Assembly: GCA_030390025.1 (NCBI GenBank)
Contig: CM059433.1
Coordinates: 7,690,001-7,754,000, forward strand
Length of the DNA: 64,000 bases
Direction of reading: 5' to 3'
DNA from: Squalus acanthias
Taxonomy: Eukaryota
Shown: piece by piece, positions 1-13,108 of the stretch
Layout of the letters: every line of letters begins with the position of its first letter
How positions within the stretch are numbered: the first letter of the stretch is position 1
Position numbers and translations under genes: made by a program
The notes under the pieces: model-generated
The model's database searches: none
The model's input: the letters and a program-made list of their open reading frames with translations, nothing else
Told to the model about the DNA's origin: nothing

Positions 1-287
1 CCAAAGGGAGGGGATCTATTACAAGAGGAACAGTACTATTGCAAAGAAAGAATCAGTTGAGGTAGAGCAAAACCAAAAACTGGGCAAATTTTGTGCTCAT
101 TTGGGTGAGAAACCCAACACTGAGGAATACAATCTAGTATTATTGCACACTTCCAGAATGGGTACAGCACAAATGAGATTTAGACTAGCTTCTTCTGCCA
201 ACAACGTGCCTTCACACAGCAGCGTGACATTTCCATTTAACACAATAGCCATCTTTGTGTACTCCAAGTAAGGCAAGTTAGTCCCAA

Positions 288-477
288 TGTGGATGCTCAG
301 TTGTTGAGTATATTCAAGGCTGAGATAGACAGACTTTTGGACTCTAGGGGAATCAAGGGATATGGGGATCAGACAGGAAAGTGGAGATGAGGTAGAAGAT
401 CAGCCATGATCTTATTGAATGGCGGAGCAGGCTCGAGGGGCTGTATGGCCTACTCCTGCTCTGAATTCTTATGTTCT
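288..477 (+). mobile_element. CR1 LINE 3' tail
   Basis: gatcagccatgatcttattgaatggcggagcaggctcg...ttcttatgttct, same as other CR1 tails in the window. Confidence 0.85.
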
Positions 478-751
478 GGACTCCGAACAAATAAAATGTT
501 TACAAAAGGTCTCATTGAATAATAATGTGTTTCTACTTGTAAGCTGCATTCATGTCAAAGTAAAAAGAACGTCAACTTCCAGTCAAGGTTATTTTAGGGG
601 GAAAAAATCAGGGAGTCCTGAAAAGTATCACATATCACGTGCTTTAGCATCCACCTTTTCAATGGACATAAACTGAAGTAGAGGAACATCCAATGAATAC
701 TGTTGAATTTTGTAAAATAAACCAAACAATGTATTATAAAAAGTAACTTAC

Positions 752-956
752 ATCCATTCAATTAAGTTTTTGGATTTTTTTCTCACAAGACGAATCCCAT
801 CCAGTACGTTGGTGATATCATAAACCCTTCTCTTTCGTACCCCAAGCACCCTTGCTACATCGTTCATGTCAAGAACACCATCAGGAGCCTGCTTCACAAG
901 TTCCATAAATTGTTGAGTTAGACGTACTAAGGATACATCAAAACGTGGCTTTCTCA
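752..956 (-). CDS. E2F6: E2F6 DNA-binding (winged-helix) domain exon, 205 nt, phase 1 to phase 2
   Basis: Translates [79 protein letters not shown] and RFDVSL are E2F6-type. Acceptor ctttttgtaacag before 956; donor GTAAGT after 752. Downstream exons lie left of the window. Confidence 0.93.
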
Positions 957-1026
957 CTGTTACAAAAAAGAGGAAAATGCGATTAATCTTCACTTTTCAA
1001 AACTAAAGTACTAGAAATATATTAGT

Positions 1027-1735
1027 CCGTAATGTGCGGCCCCTACGGGTGCGTACGCGCCCATAAGGGCCGCTCAAGTTCCGGGTTTTTACACGCGAAG
1101 CGCATGCGTGAAAACCTGGAACTTGTGATCTATCAAGAATTTTCTTGACAGATCCAACACATCCCCAGGAAAAGGGCATCCGCAGGTGGAGAGTTGGGCC
1201 AACTTCTGTCCAGCGAATGCCCATGAAATTCTTACACTATAAGGCCTGCTTCTACCAGCATAAGAGTTAAAAAAAAAATTTTTTATCCATCATTTGTACA
1301 TTAAAAAAGTTGTTTACTTTAAGCCCCTTTAAAAAATTTAAATTTATTTTTCAAAAAAAACAAATTTTTGTTTTAAATATTTAATTAAATGGCATTTTAA
1401 TTAATTTTAAATATGTAATTTTGAAAAATGTATTTGATGTGTAGATGCATTTTTTGGGGTATTCCCATTCGTGCTTATGGGGTTTCTGTACATACAGAAT
1501 CACGATAAGAATGAATGGGGATTCCCTTCTTTTATTCGTTGGGCCAGCCCACACGATCCCAGGGGCGCTTGTGAACCGCCTGCGCCCTGGGATACGTGGG
1601 CCTCTACCTGTGGGTACCCGGAGAGGCCCAGGACCGCGAGTCTCCGTACCGCCCGGACCACCAGGTACGCGGGCATTTTATTTGCGTATCAGAGGCATTT
1701 CCCCACGGGAAGCCTCCAACTGCAAATTCAGGGCC
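1027..1735. mobile_element. Non-autonomous DNA element (Harbinger-like MITE)
   Basis: GC-rich arms with an AT-rich core; right terminus GCAAATTCAGGGCC resembles the other Harbinger-type TIRs here; homologous in opposite orientation to 52310-53135. Confidence 0.65.
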
Positions 1736-1944
1736 AATATTTAAATAAAATTCAATGAAAATGCAATTGAAATTAGACATTGGTTTATTCATGAGAATAC
1801 AAAAAAGAGAAACATATTGTTGCCAATGGTAAGGGATACCCACTCCAAAAAATGTGATTTAGAAATAGCATATCAATATTGTGGAACTAAAGTGTTTGAT
1901 TTATACTTTTATTATTTTAATGATGTCACATAGGGCAGACAGTA

Positions 1945-2397
1945 TAACAACAACTTGCATATATAACATAGTAAAACGTTCCAAGGCGCTTCACAGGAGC
2001 GTTATCAAACAAAATTTGACACCGAGCCACATAAGGAGGTATTACGCCAGGTGGTCAAAGAGGTAGGCTTTAAGGAGCGTCTTAAAGGAGAGCGTATGAG
2101 ACCAAATTCCAGAGCTTAGGGCCGAGGCAGCTGAAGGCAGGACTGCCATTGGTGGAACGATTAAAATTGGGGATGTGCAAGAGGCCAGAATTGGAGGAGC
2201 GCAGATATCTCGGGGGGTTGTGGGGCTGGGAGCGATTACAGCGATAGGGAGGGGGCGAGGCCATGGAGGGGTTTGAAAACAAGGATGAGAATTTTAAAAA
2301 TCGAGGCATTACCAGACCAGGAGCCAATGTAGGTTAGCGAGCACAGCAGAGATGGATGAACGGGACTTGGTGCGAGCTCGGATACGGGCAGCAGAGT
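1945..2397 (-). mobile_element. L2 LINE 3' end
   Basis: Reverse complement of the L2 3' region at 6020-6517, ending in a (TTG)n tail. Confidence 0.85.
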
Positions 2398-3501
2398 ATA
2401 TAATGTGTTATCACCAAACAGTTAAAAAAAATTAATAGACCAGCCAAGACAAAAGGATGGGGTTGGGGGCGGAGGGGTGTTGCTGAAAGTAACCCATCAA
2501 GAGATACAATGGAGTATCATTACCACCACACAAATGTTAGCTGCCATGTCAATACTCTTGGGGGAAAAGGACAAATAAAAAACATTTTCCACAGTGAAAG
2601 ACTGAACTATATCATATCTGCATATACACTTTACACAATTTTCTGTCTGCTCATCATAGACTGGGTAGTGGCCACTCTTGAAGCTCATCCTCCTGAAGTG
2701 AAAAGGCAGCTACAATATGTTTTTCTCCTCTTCTTCCTTTTTCAGTCGATTTTCCCCTCTCCCTTCCCAAAGGCATCGACTCCTTGCTGGTTCCACGCAT
2801 ACTTTGCCAAATGGCCATTCTTCATGATATCAAAAAGGTTGATACGCGATACTACCCAGGTGGGACACAAAGCTGAACCCATCATAGCTTCACTTGAGGC
2901 TGCTAGTGATCAGAAGCCCTGGCTGCTTTCTCCTTCTACTCAGGGGTGCTGAGGCCAATTGTAGCATCCTATCACAGTGAGCGCATGCAACCCAGCAGAC
3001 TTGGGGTTCAACATGAGTATGTCAGCTAAACCCTCAGGGGAATCCACTAACCAACAGAGTCTACCCTGTGCACTTCATTTACCTCCACATCAGCAGACAG
3101 CACAGAAAATCTGAACAGGATTGCTCGTCAGGCAACAAAGGAAGAGTGGGACATGTTATAGACACAGTCCCTCAACCTCCAAAATACTTCACTGGCTGTG
3201 AAACGCTTTAAGATGTCCTGAGGTGATGAAAGGTGCTATATAAATGCAAGTTCTTTGTCAATAAGCAGATACTAGAATCGAGTGCTCCCAGCCATGCTTG
3301 CAGCTGCACATTTGTACCACCAGATGGGGCTTGAAAAGCTTCAGTTCCCAGGTTTCTGGATATTTTGAAAGACCAATTCTTTTTCTCCTGGGGGTGGGGA
3401 ATGAAGTTTAAACAGGTTTAAAATTAAAATGTTGTGTTTTTGTACTGGTGAACAAAATTGAGGATCATGGAATAGGTGGGTCAGTGGCAGCTTGGATGAC
3501 T

Positions 3502-3557
3502 GACAGACAGGACAGACAGATAGAGATAGAGATAGAGATAGAGATATATTATATATA
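3502..3557. repeat. Compound microsatellite (GACA)n/(GAGATA)n/(TA)n
   Basis: Directly visible. Confidence 0.85.
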
Positions 3558-3562
3558 AAAAA

Positions 3563-4510
3563 ATGACCTGGACATTGGAATACATAGTAGAATTTCTAAA
3601 TTTGCCGATGACACCAAACTTGGGGGTGTGGCAAACAGTGAGGATGCTACCAATCGACTGCAACAGGACATAGAAAGGCTAGCAGAATGGGCAGACAAGT
3701 GGCAGATGGAATTTAATACAGAGAAGTGTGAGGTGATGCATTTTGGCAGAAGGAACAGGGAGAGGCAATATACACTTACTTAATGGCACAGTTTTAAAGA
3801 GTGTGCAGGGACAGAGGGACCTGGGAGTTAATGTGCATTGTTCCTTAAGGTGGCAGGACATATTGAGAGTGGTTAGCAAAGCATATGGGATCTTGGGCTT
3901 CATAAATAGAGGTATTGAGTACAAAAGTAGAGAAGTTATGCTGAACCTTTATAAAGCTCTGGTTAGGCCACAACTGGAGTATTGCGTCCAGTTCTGGTCA
4001 CCACACTTTAGGAAGGATGTGAAGGCCCTTGAGAGGGTGCAGAGGAGATTTACCAGAATTGTTCCGGGGGGGGATCTTCGCTACAAGGACAGGTTGGAGA
4101 AGCTGGATTTGTTTTCATTAGAGCAAAGGAGGTTGAGGGGTGATTTGATAGAGGTGTACAAGATTATGATGGGTTTGAATAGGCTAGACGGGGAAAGGCT
4201 GTTCCCACTAGTTGATGGTACAAGGACTAGGGGACACAGATTGAAGGTTTTGGGCAAGAGATACAGGGGGATCTGAGGAAAAACTTTTTTACGCAGCGAG
4301 CGGTGAGGACCTGGAATTCGCTACCGACGAAAGTGGTGGAAGCGGAGACACTCAATGTTTTCAAGGGGAAACTGGATAGGCACTTGAAGGAAATAAACTT
4401 GCAGGGCTACGGGGATAGAGCGGGGGAATGGGACTGACTGGATTGCTCTAGAGAGCCGGCACAGACTCGATGGGCCGAAGGCCTCCTTCTGTGCCGTTAT
4501 AACTATGATA
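3563..4510 (+). mobile_element. CR1 LINE, 5'-truncated (RT C-terminus and 3' UTR)
   Basis: KFADDTKL motif at about 3598; ORF 3743-4276 has LYKALVRPQLEYCVQFWSP and LRGDLIEVYK; CR1 tail. Confidence 0.9.
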
Positions 4511-4651
4511 TCCTTTGATCTATTTTTCCTCCCCACCTCCCCCAGCCCACTGGTCCGTGCGAGTAGCATCTGCTTCTCCCCTGCAGAGTCTTTGACTAGA
4601 CTGCCAAGGCTCTTTTTCCTCTGAATTTGCTGTTTTATTCAACCCAACTTC

Positions 4652-6517
4652 CTTTTCTGGCTTCCATGTTAGCTGACATTGTTAACGGTTCTCTCTCCTC
4701 AGGTACTGTCCCCCTCTCCTTAAAAAAAAACCCTTGACCCCTCCGTCCTTGCAAACTACCGCCCCATCTCCAACCTCCCTTTCCTCTCCAAAGTCCTTGA
4801 ATGTGTTGTTGCCTCCCAAATCCGTGCCCATCTTTCCCGCAATTCCATGTTTGAATCCCTCCAGTCAGGTTTCCGCCCTTGCCACAGTACTGAAATGGCT
4901 CTCATCAAAGTCACAAATGACATCCTTTGTGACTGTGACAAAGGTAAACTATCCCTCCTTGTCCTTCTCGACCTGTCTGCAGCCTTTGACACAGTTGACC
5001 ACTCCATCCTTCTCCAACGCCTCTCCACCGTCGTCCAGCTGGGTGGGACTGCACTCGCCTGGTTCCATTCTTATCTATCTAATCGTAGCCAGAGAACCAC
5101 CTGCAACGGTTTCTCTTCCCGCTCTCGCATCGTTACCTCTGGTGTCCCCCAAGGATCTATCCTCGGCCCCCTCTTATTTCTCATCTACATGCTGCCCCTT
5201 GGCGACATCTTCCGAAAACACAGCGTCAGTTTCCACATGTATGCTGACGACACCCAGCTCTACCTCACTACCTCTTCTCTTGACCACTCCACGGTCTCTA
5301 AATTGTCAGACTGCTCGTTTGACATACAGTTCTGGATGAGCAGAAATTTTCTCCAATTAAATATTGGGAAGACCGAAGCCATTGTTTTCGGTCCCCACCA
5401 CAAACTCTATTCCCTAGCCACTGACTCCATCCCTCTCCCTAATATCTGTCTGAAACGGAACCACACTGTTCGTACCTTGGTGTCATATTTGACCCTGAAA
5501 TGAGCTTCCGACTACATTAGGGGCAACACGGTGGCATAGTGGTTAGCACTGTTGCCTCACAGCGCCAGGGACCCGGGTTCGAATCTGGCCTCGGGTGACT
5601 GTGTGGAGTCTGCACATTCTCCCCATGTCTGCGTGGGTTTCCTCCGGGTGCTCCGGTTTCCTCCCACAGTCCAAAGATGTGCGGGTTAGGTTGATTTGGC
5701 TATGATAAATTGACCCTTAGTGTTAGGGGGGATTAAATACATGGGGTTACGGGGATAGGGTGGGATGTGTGTCGGTGCAGGCTCGATGGGCCGAAATGGC
5801 CTCTATCTGCACTGTGGGGATTCTGTGATTCTGTGATATCCGCAGCATAACAAGGACCGCCTATTTCCACCTCCGTAACATTGCCCGTCTCCGCCCTTGC
5901 CTCAGCTCATCCGCTGCTGAAACCCTCATCCATGCCTTTGTTACCTCTAGACTTGACTATTCCAACGCACTCCTGGCTGGCCTCCCACATTCTACCCTAC
6001 GTAAACTTGAGGTCATCCAAAACTCGGCTGCCCGTATCCTAACTTGTACCAAGTCCCGTTCGGCCATCACCCCTGTGCTCACTGACCTACATTGGCTCCC
6101 GGTTAAGCAGCGGGCTCGATTTCAAAATTCTCATCCTTGTTTTTAAATCCCTCCATGGCCTCGCGCCCCCCCCCTCCCCCCCCATCTCTGTAGTCTCCTA
6201 CAACCCCGCCCCTCCGAGATATCTGCGCTCCTCCAATTCTGCCCTCGAGCATCCCTGATTATAATCGCTCAACTATTGGTGGCTGTGCCTTCTGTTGCCT
6301 AGGCCCTAAGCTCTGGAATTCCCTGCCTAAACCTCTCCGCCTTGCTATCTCTCTTTGCTCCTTAAAACCTACCTCTTTGACCAAGCTTTTGGTTCCTGCC
6401 CTAATTTCTCCGTATGTGGCTCGGTGTCAAAACGTTTGTCTTATAATACTCCTGTGCAGCGCCTTGGGATGTTTTACTACATTAAAAGCGCTATATAAAT
6501 ACAAGTTGTTGTTGTTA
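4652..6517 (+). mobile_element. L2 LINE, 5'-truncated, interrupted by an HE1 SINE
   Basis: ORF 4847-5503 is an RT domain (QSGFRPCHSTE, LLDLSAAFDTVDH, GVPQGSILGP, YADDTQLY); L2 tail gctatataaatacaagttgttgtt. Confidence 0.9.
5520..5837 (+). mobile_element. HE1 / V-SINE (tRNA-derived SINE)
   Basis: tRNA-like head with A/B boxes, V-domain gtgggtttcctccgggtgctccggtttcctcccacagtccaaagatgtgc, CR1-derived tail with TTCTGTGA repeats. Confidence 0.85.
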
Positions 6518-7012
6518 TTCAAGTAGCGGGAATTTCAGTCAGATTCTATGTTAATAAAGGAAGGAATCACTGTATTACAGAGAAATGATATTGGGTCAAA
6601 AGATCAGGATAATGAAACAGTTTGGGTGGAGATAAGGAATAATAAGGGGAAAAAAACACTAGTGGGAGTAGTATATAGGCCTCCTAATAGTTGCAACTCT
6701 GCTGGAAGAAGTATTAATCAGGAAATAGTTGGGGCATGTAATAAGGGAACAGCTATAATTATGGGGGATTTTAACTATCATATTAACTGGACAAATCAAA
6801 TTGGGCAGGGCAGCCTTGAGGAAGAGTTTATTGAGTGTATTAGGGATGGATTTCTTGAGCAGTATGTAACTGATCCTACAAGGGGGCAAGCAACCTTGGA
6901 CCTGGTCCTGTGTAATGAGTCAGGATTAATTAATAATGTCCTAGTTAAGGATCCCCTTGGAATGAGTGACCATAACATGGTTGAATTCCATATCCAATTA
7001 GAGGGTGAGAAG

Positions 7013-7159
7013 ACCAGGCAGCATCCGTGGAGAGAGAAAGAGAGTTGACGTTTCAGCTCTCTTTCTCTCTCCACGGATGCTGCCTGGCCTGCTGAGTTTT
7101 TCCAGCGTTTTCTGTTGTTATTTCGGATTTCCAGCATCTGCAGTATTTTGCTATCGTCG
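7013..7159. mobile_element. Penelope-like terminal repeat fragment (family B) with inverted arm
   Basis: 14-bp TSD TAGAGGGTGAGAAG (6999-7012 and 7160-7173); internal fold-back. Confidence 0.75.
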
Positions 7160-7368
7160 TAGAGGGTGAGAAGGTTGGTTCTCAGACAAGCGTACTGAGC
7201 TTGAATAAAGGAGACTATGATGGTATGAGAGCGAAATTGATTAAAGTGGACTGGGAAAATAGATTAAAGGGTAAGACGGTACATGAGCAGTGGTGTTCAT
7301 TTAAGGAGTTATTTTACAACTTTCAAAAAATATATATTCCACTGAGGAAAAAAGGGTGTAAAAGAAAT

Positions 7369-7657
7369 CATGATGTGGAGATTAACACAAGAACCAACAC
7401 AAATTGACAGGATATGCAGCCAGCAGGTGGTTTGACACGTTGGACCCCCTGGGACACATCTCATTGTCTTGGCTGTGCTCTTAGTGTGTCTTTGATGTAG
7501 GGAAATATTTGAATAGATTTTGTCTGTGTTTAAATTGTGAATTCTGGGAGATTCTCTCACTGCTAACTTACCTGAGGAAGGAGCGACAGCTCCGAAAGCT
7601 TGTAAAATTAAATAAATCTGTTGGACTATAACCTGGTGTTGTGCGACTTCTCATTTT
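7369..7657 (+). mobile_element. Penelope-like 3' end / pLTR (family A) with hammerhead motif
   Basis: 12-bp TSD TGTAAAAGAAAT; hammerhead core at 7568-7605; AATAAA and tgttggactataacctggtgttgtg tail. Confidence 0.8.
7568..7605 (+). ncRNA. Minimal type I hammerhead ribozyme motif
   Basis: TTAC-CTGAGGA-A-GGAGC(GACA)GCTCC-GAA-AGCT-T-GTAA: conserved core, stem II, palindromic stem III and stem I. Confidence 0.75.
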
Positions 7658-9849
7658 TGTAAAAGAAATGACAGCCATCTGTGGCTAAGTAAAGAAATTA
7701 AGGATAGTATCCAACTAAAAAACAAGGACATATAAGGTAGCCAAACTTAGTGGGAGGATAGAAGATTGGGAAGTCTTCAAAAGACAGCAAAAAGTAACTA
7801 AAGGATTGATTAAGAAAGGGAAGATAGATTATGAAAATAAATTAGCAAAAAATATAAAAACAGATAGCAAGAGTTTCTATAGTTATATAAAAAGAAAAAG
7901 GGTGGCTAAGGCAAACGTAGGTCCCTTAGAGGAGGAAGTTAATGGTGGGAAACATGGAGATGGCAAAAATGCTGAACAAATATTTTGTTTCAGTCTTTAT
8001 GGTAGAGGACACTAAGAATATCCCAACACTGGACAAACAGGGGGCTCTAGGGGGGGGGGGGGGGGAGGAGCTAAATACGATTAAAATCACTAAGGAATTG
8101 GTACTCAGTAAAATAATGGGACTCAAGGCGGATAAATCCCCTGGACCTGATGGCTTACATCCTAGGGTCTTGAGGGAAGTGGCAGTAGGGATTGTGGATG
8201 CTTTGGTAATAATTTTCCAAAATTCCCTGGACTCAGCAAAGGTCCCGGCAGATTGGAAAACTGCTAATGTAACACCCTTATTTAAAAAGGATAGTAGGCA
8301 GAAGGCTGGAAATTATAGACCAGTTAGTCTAACATCTGTGGTGGGTAAAATTTTGGAGTCTATTATTAAGGAGACAGTAACGGAACATTTAGATAAACAT
8401 AATTTAATAGGACATAGTCAGCATGGCTTTATGAAGGGGAAGTCATGTCTGGCAAATTTGCTTGAGTTCTTTGAGGACATAACGTACAGGGTGGATAAAG
8501 GGGAACCAATGGACGTAGTGTATTTAGACTTCCAGAAGGCATTCGACAAGGTGCCACATAAAAGATTATTGCTCAAGATAAAAAAATCACTGGATTGGGG
8601 GGAATATTCTGGCATGGGTGGAGGATTGGTTATCTAACAGGAAGCAGAGAGTTGGGATAAATGGTTCATTCTCGGACTGGCAACCAGTGGCCAGTGGTGT
8701 TCCGCAGGGGTCGGTGCTGGGTCCCCAACTCTTTACAATCTATATTAACGATTTGGAGGAGGGGACAGAGTGTAACATATCAAAGTTTGCAGATGATACA
8801 AAGATGGGAGGGAAAGTAGAAAGTGAGGAGGACATAAAAAACCTACAAGGGGATATAGACAAGCTGGGTGAGTGGGCGGAGATTTGGCAGATGCAATACA
8901 ATATTGGAAAATGTGAGGTTATGCACTTTGGCAGGAAAAATCAGAGAGCAAGTTATTATCTTAATGGCGAGAAACTGGAAAGTACTGCAGTACAAAGGGA
9001 TCTGGGGGTCCTAGTGCAAGAAAATCAAAAAGTTAGTATGCAGGTGCAGCAGGTGATCAAGAAGGCCAACGGAATGTTGGCTTTTATTGCTAGGGGGATA
9101 GATTATAAAAACAGGGAGGTATTGCTGCAGTAATATAAGGTGTTGGTGAGACCGCATCTGGAATACTGCATACAGTTTTGGTGTCTATACTTAAGAAAAG
9201 ACATACTTGCTCTCGAGGCAGTACAAAGAAGGTTCACTCGGTTAATCTCCGGGATGAGGGGGTTGACATATGAGGAGAGGTTGAGTAGATTGGGACTCTA
9301 CTCATTGGAGTTCAGAAGAGTGAGAGGCGATCTTATTGAAACATATAAGATTGTGAAGGGGCTTGATCGGGTGGATGCGGTAAGGATGTTCCCAAGGATG
9401 GGTGAAACTAGAACTAGGGGGCATAATCTTAGAATAAGGGGCTGCTCTTTCAAAACTGAGATGAGGAGAAACTTTTTCACTCAGAGGGTAGTGGGTCTGT
9501 GGAATTTGCTGCCCCAGGAAGCTGTGGAAGCTACATCATTAAATAAATTTAAAACAGAAATAGACAGTTTCCTAGAAGTAAAGGGAATTAGGGGTTACGG
9601 GGAGCGGGCAGGAAATTGGACATGAGGCTGAGTTCGGATCGGTCGAGGCCCTGTGGGTGGCGTAGCGGGCCCAGGGGCTGAGTGGCCGGGTCCTGCTCCT
9701 ACTTCTTGTGTTCTTTAGATTTGAGGTGAGGATCAGATCAGCCATGATCTTATTGAATGGCGGAGCAGGCTCGAAGGGCCGATTGGCCTACTCCTGCTCC
9801 TATTTCTTATGTTCTTATGTTCTTATCCCTGCTCTGCCTTTGCTTCTGG

Positions 9850-10150
9850 GGACAGTAATGTACTGCTTATGCTGCTGGACTAGTATTCTAGAGACCTGGA
9901 CCAATAATCCAGAGAGGGCGAGTTCAAATGCCATCATGGCAGTTTGAGAAATTTAAAAAAAAAAACTGGTATCAGTAAAAGTGACCATGAAGCTATCGAA
10001 TTGTCGTAAATACTCAAGTCGTTCAGTAATGTCCCTTAGGGAAGGAAACCTGCTATCCTTAGCTGGTCTGGTCTATGTGACTCCAGTCCCGCACCAATGT
10101 GGTTGACTCTTAAGTGCCCTCTGAAATAGCCTAGCAAGCCACACTGCTGT
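9850..10150 (+). mobile_element. tRNA-derived SINE, degraded; second copy at 20013-20255
   Basis: Shared core taatgtcctttagggaaggaaa...gtgactccag...tgccctctgaaatggcctagcaagccac. Confidence 0.65.
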
Positions 10151-11339
10151 AGTCATGGCCTGTTTCTCCTTCTGCACTCAGCCAGGTAAATAGCCATAAT
10201 GATCATCCCTTGAAGAGATTTTGAACTACTGGACATTTTAAAGCAAAAACAAAACTATTAAGGACCGAAAGTGGCTCAACAAACAGCTGCCTCCACATTC
10301 TTTAAACTTCAAACAGGCTTTGTGTAACCACAGTTGCTTAGGGATGCCACCCTTTGCTTAATACAATGTAGGAGAGCATCAGACATGCATGAAGTAAGAC
10401 CACTCCTGCAAGTATTAAAATGGGAAACAGGTAAGCTACATTTTTGAGTATTTGAACCTTTTTTTTTTTTAAACTGTTGACATATTTTCACCTTCTTTGT
10501 TTCAGACTATTCTTGTAGCTAAGCCCTTGTATCCTACATCCTTGAGAATGTTTACACTTGCCCTGATAATTGGTAAGTTGCATAGTGTGTCCAGGATAAC
10601 AAACCTAAAACCCTTCTTTAGATTGCTTTAGCTACTAATTCTGTCCCATGCTGCCACAGTATTGTCTTGGTTGTTATAAAATAGCGAATAATCTAACTCA
10701 TCATGAATAACATCACAGGAGATCTACTAGTGTACATATGGAGTGTGCTAAAATCTTGCACATTACACGATCATACCTTTTTGTTGATATAGTTATGCAA
10801 GCAAAACATTACGCACACTAAGCACAAAAATAAAGCAATGCACACAAAATAGAGCCAATTCAGAAAGAGTCCTAGGCTGTAATCCAATGTCAAGAGTTCA
10901 GATGACAATTGAGTAATCTGAAACATTTTACTAAATTACTTTTGAAATTGACTCCAAGATATCAATTAGTGTAAAAAAGAATCAATTATATTCAACTAAT
11001 TAGCATCTTCCATAATGCAAAACATACAAACTACAAATCAGTGTTTACTTAGAAGGAGAACATGAGGAAGTACTTCAGGGATACGGTCAAATGTGTGTAT
11101 TAACTTCTTCACTCTTCCCCCCTTTTAGATCTACTTTCAAGCAATTCCAACAACTTATGTCACAGCTGCCTTAAGGAGATCTTCACTCTTTTCAAAATTA
11201 TATAGATTTTGGAGCAAGTACTTTGCAGTGAAAGGAACCTCATTCCAAATTGTCCTATTTTAAAACTGGTCAATAGACAATGATCAATGCAAAAACAGAA
11301 AATACTGTAAGCACACAACAGGTCAATCAGGGTTCACAG

Positions 11340-11640
11340 ATGCTCCTGGGGTTGGCCCAGGTGGCCATCCACAAGTCCAGGTTGGAAGCGGCCTGTGGGG
11401 GTGGTCGCTCTGGCTGTCTGCCTCTCCTCCGCAGCTTTGTCCGCGCCCGGGTGGCCCTGGAGGAGCACATGGTACGCTTGAGGCCTTCCGTAACCGGTGG
11501 GCACTGCAGGGATTGGAGAGCATATTGGACGTGGGTGGCAATATTATTTAATTTGAGAAGTTCCTTTTGTTTTTCACTGCCTGTGCCCCTCTAAAAAAAA
11601 AAAGGGGCACTTTTGTTTTGTTTTTGTTTGTTTGATGACA
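11340..11640 (+). mobile_element. Tx1 (L1-group) LINE 3' end
   Basis: LLGLAQVAIHKSR...CLPLLRSFVRARVALEEH resembles a Tx1 ORF2 C-terminus; followed by a T-rich 3' UTR with a small hairpin. Confidence 0.6.
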
Positions 11641-11857
11641 CTGGCATCCACAGAAAGAAAAAAAGATTTGGTGCTCTGACTGAGACCAATCAAGATAGTA
11701 AGTAACCACCAAAAACTACTTTTCAAGGGTTAATAGTAACATGAGCTTTAGGCCATCCTTTCTCACCCAATACCAAAATTATGTTGCAAGGCAGTACAGT
11801 GCGGAGTTTTTTTTTTGATGGGGCATGAGGTGAGAATGATGTAAACTTAAAAATATT

Positions 11858-12388
11858 GGCCCGGAATTTGCTGTCAGCAGCAAAGCAAAGGAGTTCCCCG
11901 CTGGTCCCAAAGTAAGCTTCAGTGAAAGATCTTGCGATCTCCGTGCCGAAAAGTTTGGGTTTTCCGACGTGTAGTTCAAATCAATGGAGTATAGTGGGGA
12001 TCCCCTTGTGCGAACTGCTGTGATGGCAACAAGCTGTCTAAGCAGCCAATCAAAACATAGAATTCTCAGACAGCAAACAAGGAAGTGGGTAAACTCTTAG
12101 AATTCTAACTTTGTAAAAATGTTATGAGGAGCAAAAAAAAAGATTGGGGCCCTCACATGGGGAAAAGGCAAACCTAAAATAAAGATTAAAAAAAATGTTT
12201 TTAAAGTTTGTTCAAGTTAAACTTTTTAATTTTTAGCCTGTGGAGGAGCAGTGAATGACAGACCGCAACGTCAGGATTTCTGCATTAGGATGTGCATACG
12301 CTAAATCCTGAAGTTGCGGTCAGTTTCAAAGGTGAAATAGCGGCGAACGCTGCCAGTTCGCCATCACCATGACCGCAAATTCTGGGCC
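11858..12388. mobile_element. Harbinger-type MITE
   Basis: TIRs GGCCCGGAATTTGC / GCAAATTCTGGGCC (13 of 14 match) with a 3-bp TSD ATT on both sides. Confidence 0.8.
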
Positions 12389-12611
12389 ATTGTTTAAAAT
12401 CGGAACAGTGGTAGTAAAGCGCATGTGAATTAAACAGTAGAGACAGCTCATTTGTTATATGTGCATTCAGGGTTATAATCAATATGCACCCAAACAACTG
12501 AAATAAATTCCAGAAGTACATCCTTCCCCTTCCAGCATGAATTTCCTGGCGATATTAAATTAAGTAGAATATAATGCATTTTGGAAATCTGACCCAACTC
12601 CCGAAACATGG

Positions 12612-12880
12612 TAGGTTTTGGGCAAGAGATAGAGGGGGGGATGTGAGGAAAAACTTTTTTACGCAGCGAGTGGAGAGGACCTGGAATTCGCTGCCGGTGG
12701 AAGTGGTGGAAGCGGAGACACTCAATGTTTTCAAGGGGCGACTGGCTCGGCACTTGAGGGAAATAAACTTGCAGGGCTACAGGGATAGAGCGGGGAATGG
12801 GACTGACTGGATTGCTCGACAGAAAGCCGGCATGTACTCGATGGGCCGAATGGCCTCCTTCTGTGCCATAGGATTCTACA
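12612..12880 (+). mobile_element. CR1 3' end
   Basis: Close match to 4245-4500 (RKNFFTQRV). Confidence 0.85.
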
Positions 12881-13108
12881 ACTAACAAAAACTACGAAAC
12901 TGTAATTGCACCAGAATTACGGAAGGCAACTGTTACTCTGTAAACGCACTGCAGAGAACAGTGACCAGGCCCAATACATTGCAGAACTCAAGAGATCCGA
13001 ACAAAAAAAAAAGTTAATACACAAGCCTATCTATCCGCGCATGCATGGAATGAATACACCCCGACAACCCAGCTCCCTTTCCCCATAAGCAGACTTCCGT
13101 TTACTTCC

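Larger units (their letters stand above)
6523..9826 (+). mobile_element. CR1 LINE ORF2 (endonuclease and RT, disrupted) with 3' tail
   Basis: APE motifs (VYRPP, MGDFN, LDLVL, SDH) and RT motifs (PGPDG, YLDFQKAFDKV, GVPQGSVLGP, FADD); (TTCTTATG)n tail; two nested Penelope insertions. Confidence 0.95.

Noticed and set aside
2509..2952. 147-aa ORF
   Set aside because: No recognisable motif or splice support, and its 3' half looks like an old SINE-like remnant.
5520..5600. tRNA-like sequences here and at about 14620-14690, 23618-23690 and 48679-48750
   Set aside because: They are SINE heads continuous with SINE bodies and tails, not tRNA genes.
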